Translations under genes and position numbers: made by a program | The notes under the pieces: model-generated | Told to the model about the DNA's origin: nothing | What the model saw: the letters and a program-made list of their open reading frames with translations, nothing else | Database searches by the model: none | Shown here: positions 17,014 to 27,825 of the stretch, in pieces | Layout: the number at the start of each line of letters is the position of its first letter | How positions within the stretch are numbered: position 1 is the stretch's first letter | Origin: an uncultured bacterium | Lineage (GTDB): Bacteria; Patescibacteriota; Minisyncoccia; Phycocordibacterales; UBA2100 | Length of the DNA stretch: 59,449 bases | Direction: 5' to 3' | Assembly: GCA_903854215.1 (NCBI GenBank) | Contig: CAINVT010000058.1 | Coordinates: 1-59,449, forward strand

Positions 17014-18297
17014 ATGGGTGGAAAATTCGACGATCTCGCTGCACGATTTACCGCATTCACAGGGCGAATATTGAAAACCGATGGTCGCTATTTGCTTCAC
17101 GGCGGCTTCTGGTCGTTCATAGGTCAAGGCTCGGCAATTGTATCTTCGCTCGCGCTCGCCGTCGTCATTAGTCGGTACGTGCCGAAGGATGTCTACGGTG
17201 ACTATAAATACGCGCTCGCCGTCATCGGCATTCTTTCGATATTCACGCTCAACAGTCTCTCGTCGGCTGTCTTCCAATCGATTGCGCGCGGATTTGACGG
17301 TGCTTTGTTGGACGGCTTCCGCATCAATCTGCGCTGGAGCATCCTCGCGTTTGTCGGCGCGCTCGGCATCGCGGCGTATTATCTGTTCGCGCATAACTTC
17401 GTGCTCGCATTCTGCATTCTCCTCGGCGGATGTGTGATGCCTTTCCAGAACAGCGCAAATCTGTTCATTGCGTTCCTCGCAGGCAAAAAAGATTTCGCGC
17501 GCCGTGCGCTCTATGCCGACATGCTCGGCAATATCATCCCCGCGATCCTCATGATCGCGGTCGCGCTCTGGCTGCCGAATCTGATCGCGCTCGTCGTCGC
17601 CTATTTCATCGGTAATCTTGCCGTCGATCTCTATTTTTTCCGGCGGACCATGCAGCTCTATAAGCCCGATCCGGAGAAGAAAGATCCGGCAATGAAGACT
17701 TACGGACTTCACCTGAGTGCGATCGGCATTCTCGGCGGCATCGCGGGCAATTTCGATCAGATCCTCCTCTTCCATTTTGTGAGCGCAGCCGACCTCGCCG
17801 TCTACGCATTTTCAATCGGCATTCTCGACCAGGTGAAAGGGCCGGCCAAGATGCTCGACACGATGATGCAGGCGCACTTTGCGAACCGCGATTCCTCTGA
17901 CATCAAAAGTGGCATCGGCAACAAGATGCTCTGGATGCTCGGGGTCGCCGTCCTCATGATCGCCGTCTATTACGTCTGTGCACCGTTCATATTCAAGATC
18001 CTCTTCCCCGCATACCTCGCCGCGATCTCCTATTCGCGTCTCTACGTGTTCAACCTCCTCAGTCTCGCCGTAGTACCGATCAGCTCGTACTTCACCGCGC
18101 ACAAAAAAATCAAGGAACAATACATATCGAGCATCGGCGGCAACGCGATCATAATCATCTTCATGAGCGTAGGGACGATCTTCTGGGGTCTGTGGGGGCT
18201 CATCGCCGCCCGCGTCGCGGCGAGCATCGCTTCTAGTTTACTCTCCCTTATACTGTATTGGTATGCCACGAGAATTGATATGGGAGTTGCAGGTTGA
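17014..18297 (+). CDS. Wzx-type oligosaccharide flippase
   Basis: About 12 TM segments, ISRYVPKDVYGDY, FDQILL; start may be 17005 or 17014. Confidence 0.88.
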   Translation: MGGKFDDLAARFTAFTGRILKTDGRYLLHGGFWSFIGQGSAIVSSLALAVVISRYVPKDVYGDYKYALAVIGILSIFTLNSLSSAVFQSIARGFDGALLDGFRINLRWSILAFVGALGIAAYYLFAHNFVLAFCILLGGCVMPFQNSANLFIAFLAGKKDFARRALYADMLGNIIPAILMIAVALWLPNLIALVVAYFIGNLAVDLYFFRRTMQLYKPDPEKKDPAMKTYGLHLSAIGILGGIAGNFDQILLFHFVSAADLAVYAFSIGILDQVKGPAKMLDTMMQAHFANRDSSDIKSGIGNKMLWMLGVAVLMIAVYYVCAPFIFKILFPAYLAAISYSRLYVFNLLSLAVVPISSYFTAHKKIKEQYISSIGGNAIIIIFMSVGTIFWGLWGLIAARVAASIASSLLSLILYWYATRIDMGVAG

Positions 18298-18301
18298 TCC
18301 T

Positions 18302-19297
18302 ATGCTTGAAACACCTGTCGCACTTTTCATATTCAACCGCCCCGAAGAAACGGCGCGCACGTTCGATGCGATCCGGGGAGCGCGACCGCGAAAACTTTTT
18401 ATCATCGCCGACGGTCCACGGTATCCCGAAGAGATACCGCTCTGCGAAGCGACTCGCGCCGTGACCGAGCACATTGACTGGTCTTGCGAGGTAAAACGTA
18501 ATTACACACCTATAAATATGGGGTGCGATCCGCGTGTATCTTCTGGAATTTCATGGGTGTTCATGCATGTCGACCGCGCGATCTTTCTTGAAGACGACTG
18601 CGTTGCCGATGGTTCGTTCTTCACGTTCTGCCAGGAACTTCTAGATCGATACACGAACGACACGCGCATACTTCTCATTGGCGGAACATCGTGTCAGGAA
18701 AAAAATCCCGATTATAAGGCAACTGCAAGCTACTATTTTTCCATGATGTCTATGGGCTGGGGCGCATATGGTACATGGCGGCGTGCATGGAGCCAGTACG
18801 ACTGGGACATGAAGCGCTGGCCGTCGTTGCGAGACTCCGGCGAACTCAAGCGGATATTCGACAATCCAGCCGCCTACGAGCGATTCGCACGCGTATGGGA
18901 TGAATATTATGAGGAAAAGATCCATCACACGTGGGATGGGCCATGGTCATTCGTACAAGCCATCAATGGCGGCCTGTGCGCCAATCCGGTGATCAATCTC
19001 GTCGAGAACATCGGGTTCAACGAGCGCGCATCCCATCAAAAGGTCAACCATCCTGGTTGGGTCGATCTACCGTCGAAACACATGACCTTTCCGCTCGTCC
19101 ACCCGTCCACCGTCACGCGCGATCGGGCTGCGGAAAATTTCGATTTCCTTTTTTTCTTTGGTATCGACAAAACCTCGTGGCAACGCATGATCCGACCGAT
19201 AAAAAATCGGTTTCCTACCTTGCACCACTTTGCAAAAGCATTGCGAACAAAGATTCGTACTGTTTTGCTTGCGAGGAAAGAGAAAAATCAATCGTAA
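18302..19297 (+). CDS. GT-A fold nucleotide-diphospho-sugar transferase
   Basis: PVALFIFNRP, IIADGPR, IFLEDDC, WGAYGTWRRAW, NLVENIGF. Confidence 0.85.
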   Translation: MLETPVALFIFNRPEETARTFDAIRGARPRKLFIIADGPRYPEEIPLCEATRAVTEHIDWSCEVKRNYTPINMGCDPRVSSGISWVFMHVDRAIFLEDDCVADGSFFTFCQELLDRYTNDTRILLIGGTSCQEKNPDYKATASYYFSMMSMGWGAYGTWRRAWSQYDWDMKRWPSLRDSGELKRIFDNPAAYERFARVWDEYYEEKIHHTWDGPWSFVQAINGGLCANPVINLVENIGFNERASHQKVNHPGWVDLPSKHMTFPLVHPSTVTRDRAAENFDFLFFFGIDKTSWQRMIRPIKNRFPTLHHFAKALRTKIRTVLLARKEKNQS

Positions 19298-20477
19298 CTC
19301 GTTCGTATCCGGCGCGACCCATCGCATGTACTTTTTGATGATTGGATAAAAGCACGTCTATCTGGTCCGCAAGCATCTTCGTATCGAACGGATTGACAAT
19401 GTATCCTGACACGCCATCTTCGACAATCTCACGTGACCCGCCGAAGCACGTCGCAACGACGGGTTTTGCGCATGCGAACGCTTCGAGATTCATAGTAGGA
19501 AACGAATCAAATGAGAGTGTCGGCACGGCCACTATCGAGGCGGTATGATATGCAGCATGCAGATTGGCGCCGGAGACCCATCCGGTAAAAATGATTGCGT
19601 CGGAAATACCGAGGCGTTGCGCATAGTTCAACATGTTATCCGCAGCTGAATCCTTTTTCCCGATGACGAGAAGTTGCGCCGCGGGGATACGTTCGCGTAC
19701 TAATGCGACTGCTTCGACTATTTTCGATGTGCCTTTGACCCCCGAGAGCCGACCCCCGAAAAGGACTGCTGATTTTCCGATGTTGTGCTCACGCTTAAAC
19801 TGTTCAATCGACTCTGCCGATTCTTTCCATTCATCTACGTCGATACCGTTATGAATAACCTCGACATTGCCGATCCCGTTATCATTGAGTGCAATCTTCA
19901 AAGCATCGCTCACTGCGATGATCTTATTAACATCGCGAGCGAGAATCCGTCGGATGAGAAAATTGCGGAACGGATTGTATCGGAGCCGTTGTTCGCGCAA
20001 CTGCCGTAGCGGATGTATACGATAATTGAAATCGTGCGGAATCGCAAGATTGGTAGGATCAATGTATTCAGTGAGCTTTGAGTAGTTGAACGACATGACA
20101 TCGTGAGCCGTCAGAACGACACGCGCTCCGGATTTGTGCGCGAGTGTGAGCGTACGATACGACAGATATCCGTGGACATTGTGCACATGCACAATGTCCG
20201 GTTTGAACTCGCGTAAAATTCTTTTTACCTCTCGCGTTGCGCGAGGATTCCACAAGCTCACGTACGCTTGGAAACGCAGATCGTATGACGTTACGATCCG
20301 GAAAACCGGTATACCCTCGTATTCGGACTGCCCCTGCTTTTCTCGATCACGTGATGTCGTAACGACGAATACATCGTGCCCATCCCTTTTGAATTGTCGT
20401 GCGAGATTCGACGCGATTGCCGCAGCTCCACCGTAGCCTTCGGGTGGAAAATCGTCTTGTAAGATAAGGATTTTCAT
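19215..20477 (-). CDS. glycosyltransferase family 4
   Basis: FPPEGYGGA, IHNGID, DSFPTMNLEAFACAKPVV. Confidence 0.9.
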   Translation of the reverse strand: MKILILQDDFPPEGYGGAAAIASNLARQFKRDGHDVFVVTTSRDREKQGQSEYEGIPVFRIVTSYDLRFQAYVSLWNPRATREVKRILREFKPDIVHVHNVHGYLSYRTLTLAHKSGARVVLTAHDVMSFNYSKLTEYIDPTNLAIPHDFNYRIHPLRQLREQRLRYNPFRNFLIRRILARDVNKIIAVSDALKIALNDNGIGNVEVIHNGIDVDEWKESAESIEQFKREHNIGKSAVLFGGRLSGVKGTSKIVEAVALVRERIPAAQLLVIGKKDSAADNMLNYAQRLGISDAIIFTGWVSGANLHAAYHTASIVAVPTLSFDSFPTMNLEAFACAKPVVATCFGGSREIVEDGVSGYIVNPFDTKMLADQIDVLLSNHQKVHAMGRAGYERVTIDFSLSSQAKQYESLFAMLLQSGAR

Positions 20478-21205
20478 ATGAGTTCGAAATTCGTCACATA
20501 CCGACAATCTGTTCGGTGTGCGATATATGCCAAAAATTGATCGAGTTCATTCCACATATCATAGCGCTCGATCTCCCACGAATGGCCCCACAAATGAAAG
20601 ACTTCCCCGCGCTCGTGTGCTATGTCGAACGTCGCACGGGCCAACGCTTCCCAGGATCTGAATGATGGAAGAGACACCCCGAGTGCACGCAATGCGGGTG
20701 CACGTTCGCGTAAAGGACCGAGAAGATCTCGCCATACATACTGTGTCTTGTTCTTTTTTCGAAACGGCATCGGGTATACCTGCAACGTCGTCGGCATCTG
20801 AAAAGGATTTTCGGCAATTTTTATTTCTCCCAACTGCGTCGTCCGCGCACCACGGAATCCTGCTTGTCGTGCTGCCGCTTCCGCTTCAAGATCAAGATGT
20901 CCGCTCGGATAACAAAACATCGGCACCTCTCGTTGCAAGAGTTTCTCAAGCCATTCTTTCGATCCTGCGATTTCGCGTATTTTTTCTTCGTTGCTGATCT
21001 TCCGCAGGTCGGGATGCGTGAGCGTATGCGCACCGATTTCATGTCGGCTCCCGATCATGCGAATCGAATCGTCGCTGAGCCGCATCGGCCGATAATTTTG
21101 TGCGATATAGAAAGTCCCTTTGAGCCCATGGGTATCAAGAAGCGCGGCGAGTTTTTCATCAAGCACGTCTCCGTCGTCCCAACTTGTCGTGACAAGAATG
21201 CTCAT
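20474..21205 (-). CDS. polysaccharide deacetylase
   Basis: TSWDDG, HEIGAHTLTHPDL, FCYPSG, FHLWGHSWE. Confidence 0.9.
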   Translation of the reverse strand: MSILVTTSWDDGDVLDEKLAALLDTHGLKGTFYIAQNYRPMRLSDDSIRMIGSRHEIGAHTLTHPDLRKISNEEKIREIAGSKEWLEKLLQREVPMFCYPSGHLDLEAEAAARQAGFRGARTTQLGEIKIAENPFQMPTTLQVYPMPFRKKNKTQYVWRDLLGPLRERAPALRALGVSLPSFRSWEALARATFDIAHERGEVFHLWGHSWEIERYDMWNELDQFLAYIAHRTDCRYVTNFELI

Positions 21206-21939
21206 AGAGGTTTACGTGCGATGAGAAGATAACCGTGCGCATACAAGCGAGACGCTGTACTTTGATCGTGACGATCGCGCCACATCATGAAGCCACCGTA
21301 TGTTCGTGCATACAAATTGAAAAAGCGCGACCACCACCGATGATAGATTCCGTATCGCTCAATGAGGTAACGTAAATGCATTTGCGCTATAACGCCCCGG
21401 TACCCCCCCCGCGATTCAATGACCTCGACTGTGAACCCTGCATCTTCCGCAAGTCGCCGCAAACTGTATGGAGTAAATCGCCAGTAGTCGTATGGTTCAT
21501 CGTGCAAGGGTGCGAACATGGCTTCCGTGATAAGCGCCGCGCCTCCCGGCTTGAGTACGCGAAAGCATTCGGCAAATGCATCACGGAGCTCGTATATGTC
21601 GCCCATGACTTGCGTCGATATAATGGAATCGAATGACGCATCGGGAAACGAAAGCGCGACCGCAGAACCAACCACATCGACGCCGGCCACACCTTCCACA
21701 TCAACGGTCACATATTCGGTGTAGTTAAAGAGATGTCTATATCGGGAATACGAACCTGCTCCGATATCGAGAGTCCGCCCTCGGACTACGGACGCATAGC
21801 GCCGTATCTGTTCTAAAAGCTCATATCTCGCGGGTTGGAAAATATATGTCATATGGCGAACGTTTTCCTCATGTCTCCATTCCTTCCACCGGTCGTAAGA
21901 AAAAAGCTCATAAAGGTTTTTGGGCGACGATATAGACAT
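21202..21939 (-). CDS. class I SAM-dependent methyltransferase
   Basis: LDIGAG, RVLKPGG, PYDYWRFT; start uncertain. Confidence 0.85.
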   Translation of the reverse strand: MSISSPKNLYELFSYDRWKEWRHEENVRHMTYIFQPARYELLEQIRRYASVVRGRTLDIGAGSYSRYRHLFNYTEYVTVDVEGVAGVDVVGSAVALSFPDASFDSIISTQVMGDIYELRDAFAECFRVLKPGGAALITEAMFAPLHDEPYDYWRFTPYSLRRLAEDAGFTVEVIESRGGYRGVIAQMHLRYLIERYGIYHRWWSRFFNLYARTYGGFMMWRDRHDQSTASRLYAHGYLLIARKPL

Positions 21940-22555
21940 TGGCGTAAAAATACGGATTTGAGAACCACCCCCTCCGGTCAAGTGCATAGAGAAGGCACAT
22001 GAGCCGCTCGACGATAGTGCGTCGGATACGGCCATATGTTCGTCCGAGCCAGGGATGAATGAAGAAGAATTTCAAACCTTCCGCCAATACTGTGCAGGTG
22101 CCGCCATAAGCGCCCGCTTCTATGATCTCAAACCTCTCATCCTTAAAAGCCGTTACAGCACCCTCGACGGTATAGCGTCGATAATCGCTGGGGACACTAT
22201 GTTCGGCCATCAAGAACGGTACAGTGAGAACACATACGCCGCCCGGTCGGAGAACGCGGCGCAATTCGGAAAGTACTTTATTCGGATCCTCAACATGTTC
22301 AAGTGTTTGAAATGAAAGCACGGTGTCAAATGTGCGATCTGCATGAGAAAGAGAAAGTGCACTTTCGACGAAATCGATATGCGGGCCTTTTTCAATGTCC
22401 GAAGCTTTGTAGTCCGTAACATGTGCGCGAATGAATTCCCGATATTTTGCTGTACCAGCCCCGACGTCCAGCGTGAGACCTTTTGCATAGCGCGGAATCA
22501 GGTCATGGACGATCTCGCGTGTCGTCGGAAGATGCTTGAGTGGATAGGGACTCAT
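21908..22555 (-). CDS. class I SAM-dependent methyltransferase
   Basis: LDVGAG, QTLEHVEDP, RVLRPGG, PSDYRRYT. Confidence 0.88.
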   Translation of the reverse strand: MSPYPLKHLPTTREIVHDLIPRYAKGLTLDVGAGTAKYREFIRAHVTDYKASDIEKGPHIDFVESALSLSHADRTFDTVLSFQTLEHVEDPNKVLSELRRVLRPGGVCVLTVPFLMAEHSVPSDYRRYTVEGAVTAFKDERFEIIEAGAYGGTCTVLAEGLKFFFIHPWLGRTYGRIRRTIVERLMCLLYALDRRGWFSNPYFYANVYIVAQKPL

Positions 22556-22577
22556 AATTTCTCGTTATGATTATGCA

Positions 22578-23693
22578 TTAAGCTTTGGCCGAATATATGC
22601 GGACGTACGTTTCCACGGTCTTCTTCCAATCGAACACATTGTACCCCGCCCGTGCATTTTTGGAGAACACGTCGTACGAGTCGAGGATCGTTTGTATTTT
22701 TTCGGCAATGTCTTCCGGATCACGCTGGTTCGTAAGATATCCAGTTGCGCCGTCTTCGATCGCCGATTCTATGCCGCAGTCTCGGCTTCCGACCGCGGGT
22801 TTGCCGAATTGGTACGCCTCGACGACAACGAGGCCGAATCCTTCGAAATGGTGGTGTATCTCGTCAGTGTTCGAGTTGAGTGCGAATACGTCGCAGGTCG
22901 AATAAAAATATGAGAGTGCCCGGTCGTTCGCGTCACTCACAATAAGTAAGTTACTACCGAGGCTATGCGTATCCGCGTAGCTTCTCATCTGTACCGCATA
23001 GTTAGATGCAGATGATCCAAGTGCAACATACAGAATAGACGGATATTGAACTTTCAATAACTCGACAGCCTTCAGCGTCTCGAGTTGCCCCTTGCGGTCC
23101 TTGATCGCACCGACGGTAAGGATGATCGGGTGACGTTCGTTCGAAATGCTGTACTTCGCGGCAAAATTCGTTCGTTCGAGATCAGAGATTTCAGGCTGGC
23201 GCGTGGCACCATGCAATACGATGGTGAGTTTTTCTGCGGGGATCCCGGCATGCTCAAGCTGTCGTTTCGTATAATCGCTGATGCAAAAGATGCGCGATGC
23301 TTTCGCGTATGCGCGGCGTAGAAGCCAGCCCCTACTCCGCGAATAGAGCGGCGCAATCGAGTAGGTTCCCACGCCATTTGTGAAAAGTCTTTTGGAGGTT
23401 CCGATCGTTGCGAACCATCCGTAGACGCCGTATGGCCACCCGTCGATAGCATGGATCACGTCGACATTACGCGCCGCGCGGCGCACGATAAGCATGTTGA
23501 ACACGAGGCTCGCGGCTTTGTACCATGATCGCAACGGTGTGATCTTCGTCATCCGGCACGGCGCATTCGCGATGACCTCCGTGCAAACGGATACTTCCAT
23601 GCCTTGTACGATGAGTTGGTCCACGACCGCACGTGTATGCCGACCCCATCCCGATCGCTCATTCAGACTCCCGGTAACTATAAGAACTTTCAT
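22578..23693 (-). CDS. glycosyltransferase family 4
   Basis: RKGQ, EGFGLVVVEAYQFGKPAV. Confidence 0.9.
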   Translation of the reverse strand: MKVLIVTGSLNERSGWGRHTRAVVDQLIVQGMEVSVCTEVIANAPCRMTKITPLRSWYKAASLVFNMLIVRRAARNVDVIHAIDGWPYGVYGWFATIGTSKRLFTNGVGTYSIAPLYSRSRGWLLRRAYAKASRIFCISDYTKRQLEHAGIPAEKLTIVLHGATRQPEISDLERTNFAAKYSISNERHPIILTVGAIKDRKGQLETLKAVELLKVQYPSILYVALGSSASNYAVQMRSYADTHSLGSNLLIVSDANDRALSYFYSTCDVFALNSNTDEIHHHFEGFGLVVVEAYQFGKPAVGSRDCGIESAIEDGATGYLTNQRDPEDIAEKIQTILDSYDVFSKNARAGYNVFDWKKTVETYVRIYSAKA

Positions 23694-23825
23694 ACACAGT
23701 AGTCTATCTAGATACTCGGTTAAATCAAGAACGACTGGATGTACTTGTAGAGGCAGTTGATACGACGTTGGAACTTTGCAAGATCAACGTGTTAAATTCA
23801 CCACCCCATTATCTAATATCATGGG

Positions 23826-25298
23826 CTAGAATGGATATTGTACTCCTATTCCGTTATTGTAGAGTTGGGACACTTCCGCCGGTGTGAGAGCCCGATTCCA
23901 GACACCTACCTCATCGATATAACCCTGGAAATATCCTCCAGATGTTCCCTCATACACACCATATCCGATGTAAGAATCAAGAGAACCACTACCAAATACT
24001 CCTCCGGATGAATTGCTACCGACATTGACTCCATTCAGGTAGAGGTTGTTTACGTAATTGCCACCGTTCCAGTTCGATGTTGCTGTCACCAAATACCACT
24101 TTCCTGTAAAAAACGTGTATGGATACACTACTGGATTATAACCAGTCTGCATTTGCAAACCTGAGTTGGTGACTTGAAGTGCAAAGATTTTGGGAGAAGT
24201 GTCCCACGACCAGAAGAGAGATTCGGCACTCGTGGGAAGCACAGTAAGATACATCCACTCAGAAACGGAATATGACTGTCCTACGGACATAGCAAGATGC
24301 GTATCAATGCCACTGTCGACTCCGTCGAATGCAGCACCTTGATTAATTTTCCCATATACTGTCCCATACAGAATGTTTGAATCGGTGCCGTTATTTGTGC
24401 CGAAGGCATCATTACTGTTGCCACCAAGTTTCCAATAACTAATCAATCCATTAGTAAGCGTTGGTGGAGATGTGGGAGGAGATGAAGAGACCGTTGCACT
24501 TCCAATATCAACAGATCCCAGATAACTTGTTCCGTCATACACGAAATGCACTATGTCCACACCTTTGGCAGCCGTAGTGAGCGTCGGCGTTTGACCGCCC
24601 GCGACCCATTTGATCGATGTTGGCCATGAGACCGTCCTCCCACCGGTTCCATCTTGCTTGAGAATGAGTGTGTATTCACCGCCCGCTTGCCCACCGGCAA
24701 AAGTCATCGTGGTATTCGCCGCCGTGAGTGCTAGTGATTGCACATTACCCGCATTCCAGTCGATCGAGCCACTGTTCGCGGCAACGAGACGACTGTACAT
24801 CGCTCCCGAGACATCGAGCTTATGCTGTGGGTTTGTGTTACCGAGTCCGACGTTACCGTTACTTGCAACGTACATCTGCGATACTCCTGATGAGGAGATC
24901 AGATTGAGCGTAGCTTGGCCAGAAGTTCCCTTCACCATAAGCCGCGCAATCGGTGACGTAGACGCATTCGTACCGATTTGCAACGAATGGTTAGTGGTGC
25001 TCCAGAACAAATTTGCGTTATCCTGTGCGAATCCGTTTGAATAAAACAGGAGCGAACCGTTGGTGAACGATGTCGCACCAGTGCCTCCCTGATCGACGCG
25101 CCACGGCGTCTTATCCCAGTCAAAGACCGGCATGCCGCCGACATTCTTGATCGCCAGATGCATGGCAGCAAGTGCAGCGGATGTTTGCCCGAGCATTATT
25201 TGTGCACCGAGTTCACCAGATCCGACGATCGCGGCAGATGAGATAGTCGGTAGCACGAGAAACGCGAGTAATGAAAAAACGACCCCTAATTTTTTCAT
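23826..25298 (-). CDS. exported protein with C-terminal LamG/concanavalin-like domain
   Basis: Signal peptide, VGLGNTNPQHKLDV repeat, GLISYWKL..FQGYIDEVGVWNRALT. Confidence 0.85.
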   Translation of the reverse strand: MKKLGVVFSLLAFLVLPTISSAAIVGSGELGAQIMLGQTSAALAAMHLAIKNVGGMPVFDWDKTPWRVDQGGTGATSFTNGSLLFYSNGFAQDNANLFWSTTNHSLQIGTNASTSPIARLMVKGTSGQATLNLISSSGVSQMYVASNGNVGLGNTNPQHKLDVSGAMYSRLVAANSGSIDWNAGNVQSLALTAANTTMTFAGGQAGGEYTLILKQDGTGGRTVSWPTSIKWVAGGQTPTLTTAAKGVDIVHFVYDGTSYLGSVDIGSATVSSSPPTSPPTLTNGLISYWKLGGNSNDAFGTNNGTDSNILYGTVYGKINQGAAFDGVDSGIDTHLAMSVGQSYSVSEWMYLTVLPTSAESLFWSWDTSPKIFALQVTNSGLQMQTGYNPVVYPYTFFTGKWYLVTATSNWNGGNYVNNLYLNGVNVGSNSSGGVFGSGSLDSYIGYGVYEGTSGGYFQGYIDEVGVWNRALTPAEVSQLYNNGIGVQYPF

Positions 25299-25393
25299 AC
25301 GTGTGTATGTTACATAATAAGTACTTTGAAATTATACGCACGTCCGATCAAGATGCAGGTCTGTCGTGGCGAACAAAAGTGGATAACTACTAC

Positions 25394-27118
25394 CTAGTAT
25401 GTACTCGTCGTGTTAAATGTGTAAATCTCAAAACGCCCCACTGTCGCGAGAAGCTTCGTCCCTTTTAATTTTTGCGGTTGCATCTGCGGATCGAGCTCGG
25501 TGTCTTTGACGATATACGAGACGTTGTAGTGTGCGAGCGCCGCTTCCGGACTGGTGAGATCCTTCTGATACCGCGCATACAGATCATTGAAATACGATGC
25601 GCCCATATATGAGAGAGCGGAGACCATCGGCGGACAATTCGAGCGTATGAATATCATACAGAGCTTCGCAGAGCGATCCGCTGTTTGTGGGCCGTCATTA
25701 GCATTCCCCGCCCCCGCATAGAGCCGTAGATCGTTCTCGATATCGGTACGAGATGCACTATCGAATATACGCGACGCGAGGTATCTATTTTGCACGTCGG
25801 TGTCCGGTATGAGATAGAGTCCGCCGTCGGGTTGGAACAATACATAATCATCTGTCATGACCGGCACGTAATATGAGAATGAGTCGTCGGCAAAGATGAC
25901 CGATCCTGCTGGTACATTTTTATTTAACCATTGCATCGTGGCTGCATATACCTGTGATGCGAGCACCGATCGGTTATCGATACTGCGAAAGCCTTCAATC
26001 GTTTGAAACATATTCCAAGCGAGAAATGCAACGATGACGAGTGCGGCAACACTATAACGACTGATCATATCCTTCCGCCAGTCGATGCGTCCCGATCCGA
26101 AATAGACTGAGAGCGCATAGACACCGGTCAGTGCTGCCCATACGTAGCTGAATCGGATGAAATGGATCGCAGCCTCCATATCTTTCCCCGTAACGACGGT
26201 ACTAAAGGCCGCAACGAGAAGTGCCGTACCGGTAATGCTAAAAAATATGAGTTCAGTGCGACGCACCATTCGGTCGGTGCACAGGATCCACAGTACTCCG
26301 AACATCGCGATCGTTATGAGCGCGGTAATAATCGCACTCGAACCGAACGTATGCGTCGCGACGAATCCGGTCCGCGTCATCGTTTGCCAATACCACGATT
26401 CATGGAGTTGCAGGTAGGTGTACCACAAGACCGGCAACACGAGCAGGATCGTCGCTGCATCGATCAATACGAGCGAGATGAGCCGTCGCCGTTCATACAC
26501 AAAAAAGAAGACATGCGTCAGACCGAAGACAATGACGACGATCTGCCAGAGAAAAGTGTATACATAGAATGCAAGCGCGGACGAACTGATGAGCATGACT
26601 TTCGCCACGTGTGAATCCGGATCCTTGAGCCATGCGAGATATGAGAGGAGAAAAAAAGCGAAGCAGGGAAATACGATCTGCATCGAGACAGGTCGTTCCA
26701 TGAGCCAATACGAGGAGGCGAGCACCGCAACAAGCGCAGCGATGATCCACCATCCGCGCATACCGAGCTTTCGTGAAAGCGCAATGAGAAGCCACGCGAA
26801 GATCGCAAACGCAATAGCGGTATCGAAAATAATTGCAGGCACGAGGGGAATGCCGATAAGAAGCGGCGCAGCGGCGATCCAATCAGCACCGAAGAATGAG
26901 GTCGCCGGCTCATTCGCGTATTCTTTGAAATACGGATTGCCGATAAAGGGATATCCGTGCGCAACATCGTGCAACTGCGCAAAATAGTAACCACTATCGT
27001 TGGTGAATTCCGGCGGCACGTGTAGAAGTCCGCGATTCATCACCAGTGCGGCGATCCATGGGACGAGCGCAAGCGCGACAGTAACTCCGAGTATAATCGT
27101 TATCAATCGCTTGCTCAT
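25394..27118 (-). CDS. polytopic membrane protein, possible GT-C glycosyltransferase
   Basis: NDSGYY first loop, many TM segments, extracytoplasmic C-terminal domain; follows the GT2 and GtrA genes. Confidence 0.7.
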   Translation of the reverse strand: MSKRLITIILGVTVALALVPWIAALVMNRGLLHVPPEFTNDSGYYFAQLHDVAHGYPFIGNPYFKEYANEPATSFFGADWIAAAPLLIGIPLVPAIIFDTAIAFAIFAWLLIALSRKLGMRGWWIIAALVAVLASSYWLMERPVSMQIVFPCFAFFLLSYLAWLKDPDSHVAKVMLISSSALAFYVYTFLWQIVVIVFGLTHVFFFVYERRRLISLVLIDAATILLVLPVLWYTYLQLHESWYWQTMTRTGFVATHTFGSSAIITALITIAMFGVLWILCTDRMVRRTELIFFSITGTALLVAAFSTVVTGKDMEAAIHFIRFSYVWAALTGVYALSVYFGSGRIDWRKDMISRYSVAALVIVAFLAWNMFQTIEGFRSIDNRSVLASQVYAATMQWLNKNVPAGSVIFADDSFSYYVPVMTDDYVLFQPDGGLYLIPDTDVQNRYLASRIFDSASRTDIENDLRLYAGAGNANDGPQTADRSAKLCMIFIRSNCPPMVSALSYMGASYFNDLYARYQKDLTSPEAALAHYNVSYIVKDTELDPQMQPQKLKGTKLLATVGRFEIYTFNTTSTY

Positions 27119-27120
27119 AG

Positions 27121-27825
27121 TTACCGTCTCAACCGCATCTTCCACGGCGCGAGAACACCTTCCAGAATGATGTGTTTCGATATTTTGGATTGTCCTTCGC
27201 GCCGCTCCACAAATATAATGGGTACTTCGGCGAAGTGCGCCCCCCTTCGCCAAAGCCGATATTTCAATTCCATCAAAAAAGCGTATCCGGAAGCATCGAA
27301 GGACGATATGTCGGCGCTCCGCAATGCATCGACCTTGATGAGAATGAATCCTGCCGTCGCGTCATAGATCGGCATACCGGTGATCGTACGACAATAACGA
27401 TTCGCAAATCCGCTCAGAAGTTTCCGCCACGGCTTCCAGCCCTGCGTACCGCCGCCCGCGCAATAACGCGAACCGATGACAACATCCGCGTCAGTGTTCG
27501 CTCGAATCATGGCTTGAATGTATGACGGATCGTGAGAGAGATCCGCATCCATCATCAGGATACGCTGCACTGACTGATCTTTCAGGACCTCCGAGAACGC
27601 GTGCAGATACGCCTTACCGAGACCTTCTTTTCCCGCACGTTTGAGCAACCGCAGACGCGGTTCGCTTTGCATGATCTTCTCTACAATACTTGCGGTACCG
27701 TCCGGCGAATTATCATCGACTACCAAGACTTGTGCTTCGGGAACATGTTGAAAAATGCGTTCGATGATCGTCGCGATATTTCCCGACTCATTGTACGTCG
27801 GCAGAATAACGGTGAGACTGTTCAT
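27121..27825 (-). CDS. polyprenol-phosphate mannosyltransferase-like GT2 (DPM1/Ppm1 family)
   Basis: ILPTYNE, VVDDNSPDGT, MDADLSHDP, GYAFLMEL, FVERREGQSK. Confidence 0.92.
   Translation of the reverse strand: MNSLTVILPTYNESGNIATIIERIFQHVPEAQVLVVDDNSPDGTASIVEKIMQSEPRLRLLKRAGKEGLGKAYLHAFSEVLKDQSVQRILMMDADLSHDPSYIQAMIRANTDADVVIGSRYCAGGGTQGWKPWRKLLSGFANRYCRTITGMPIYDATAGFILIKVDALRSADISSFDASGYAFLMELKYRLWRRGAHFAEVPIIFVERREGQSKISKHIILEGVLAPWKMRLRR

Noticed and set aside
16972-17775. 267-aa minus-strand ORF and similar long antisense ORFs (33578-34201, 45651-46346, 50976-51713, 51361-52101)
   Set aside because: Shadow frames of well-supported genes, with no motifs of their own.
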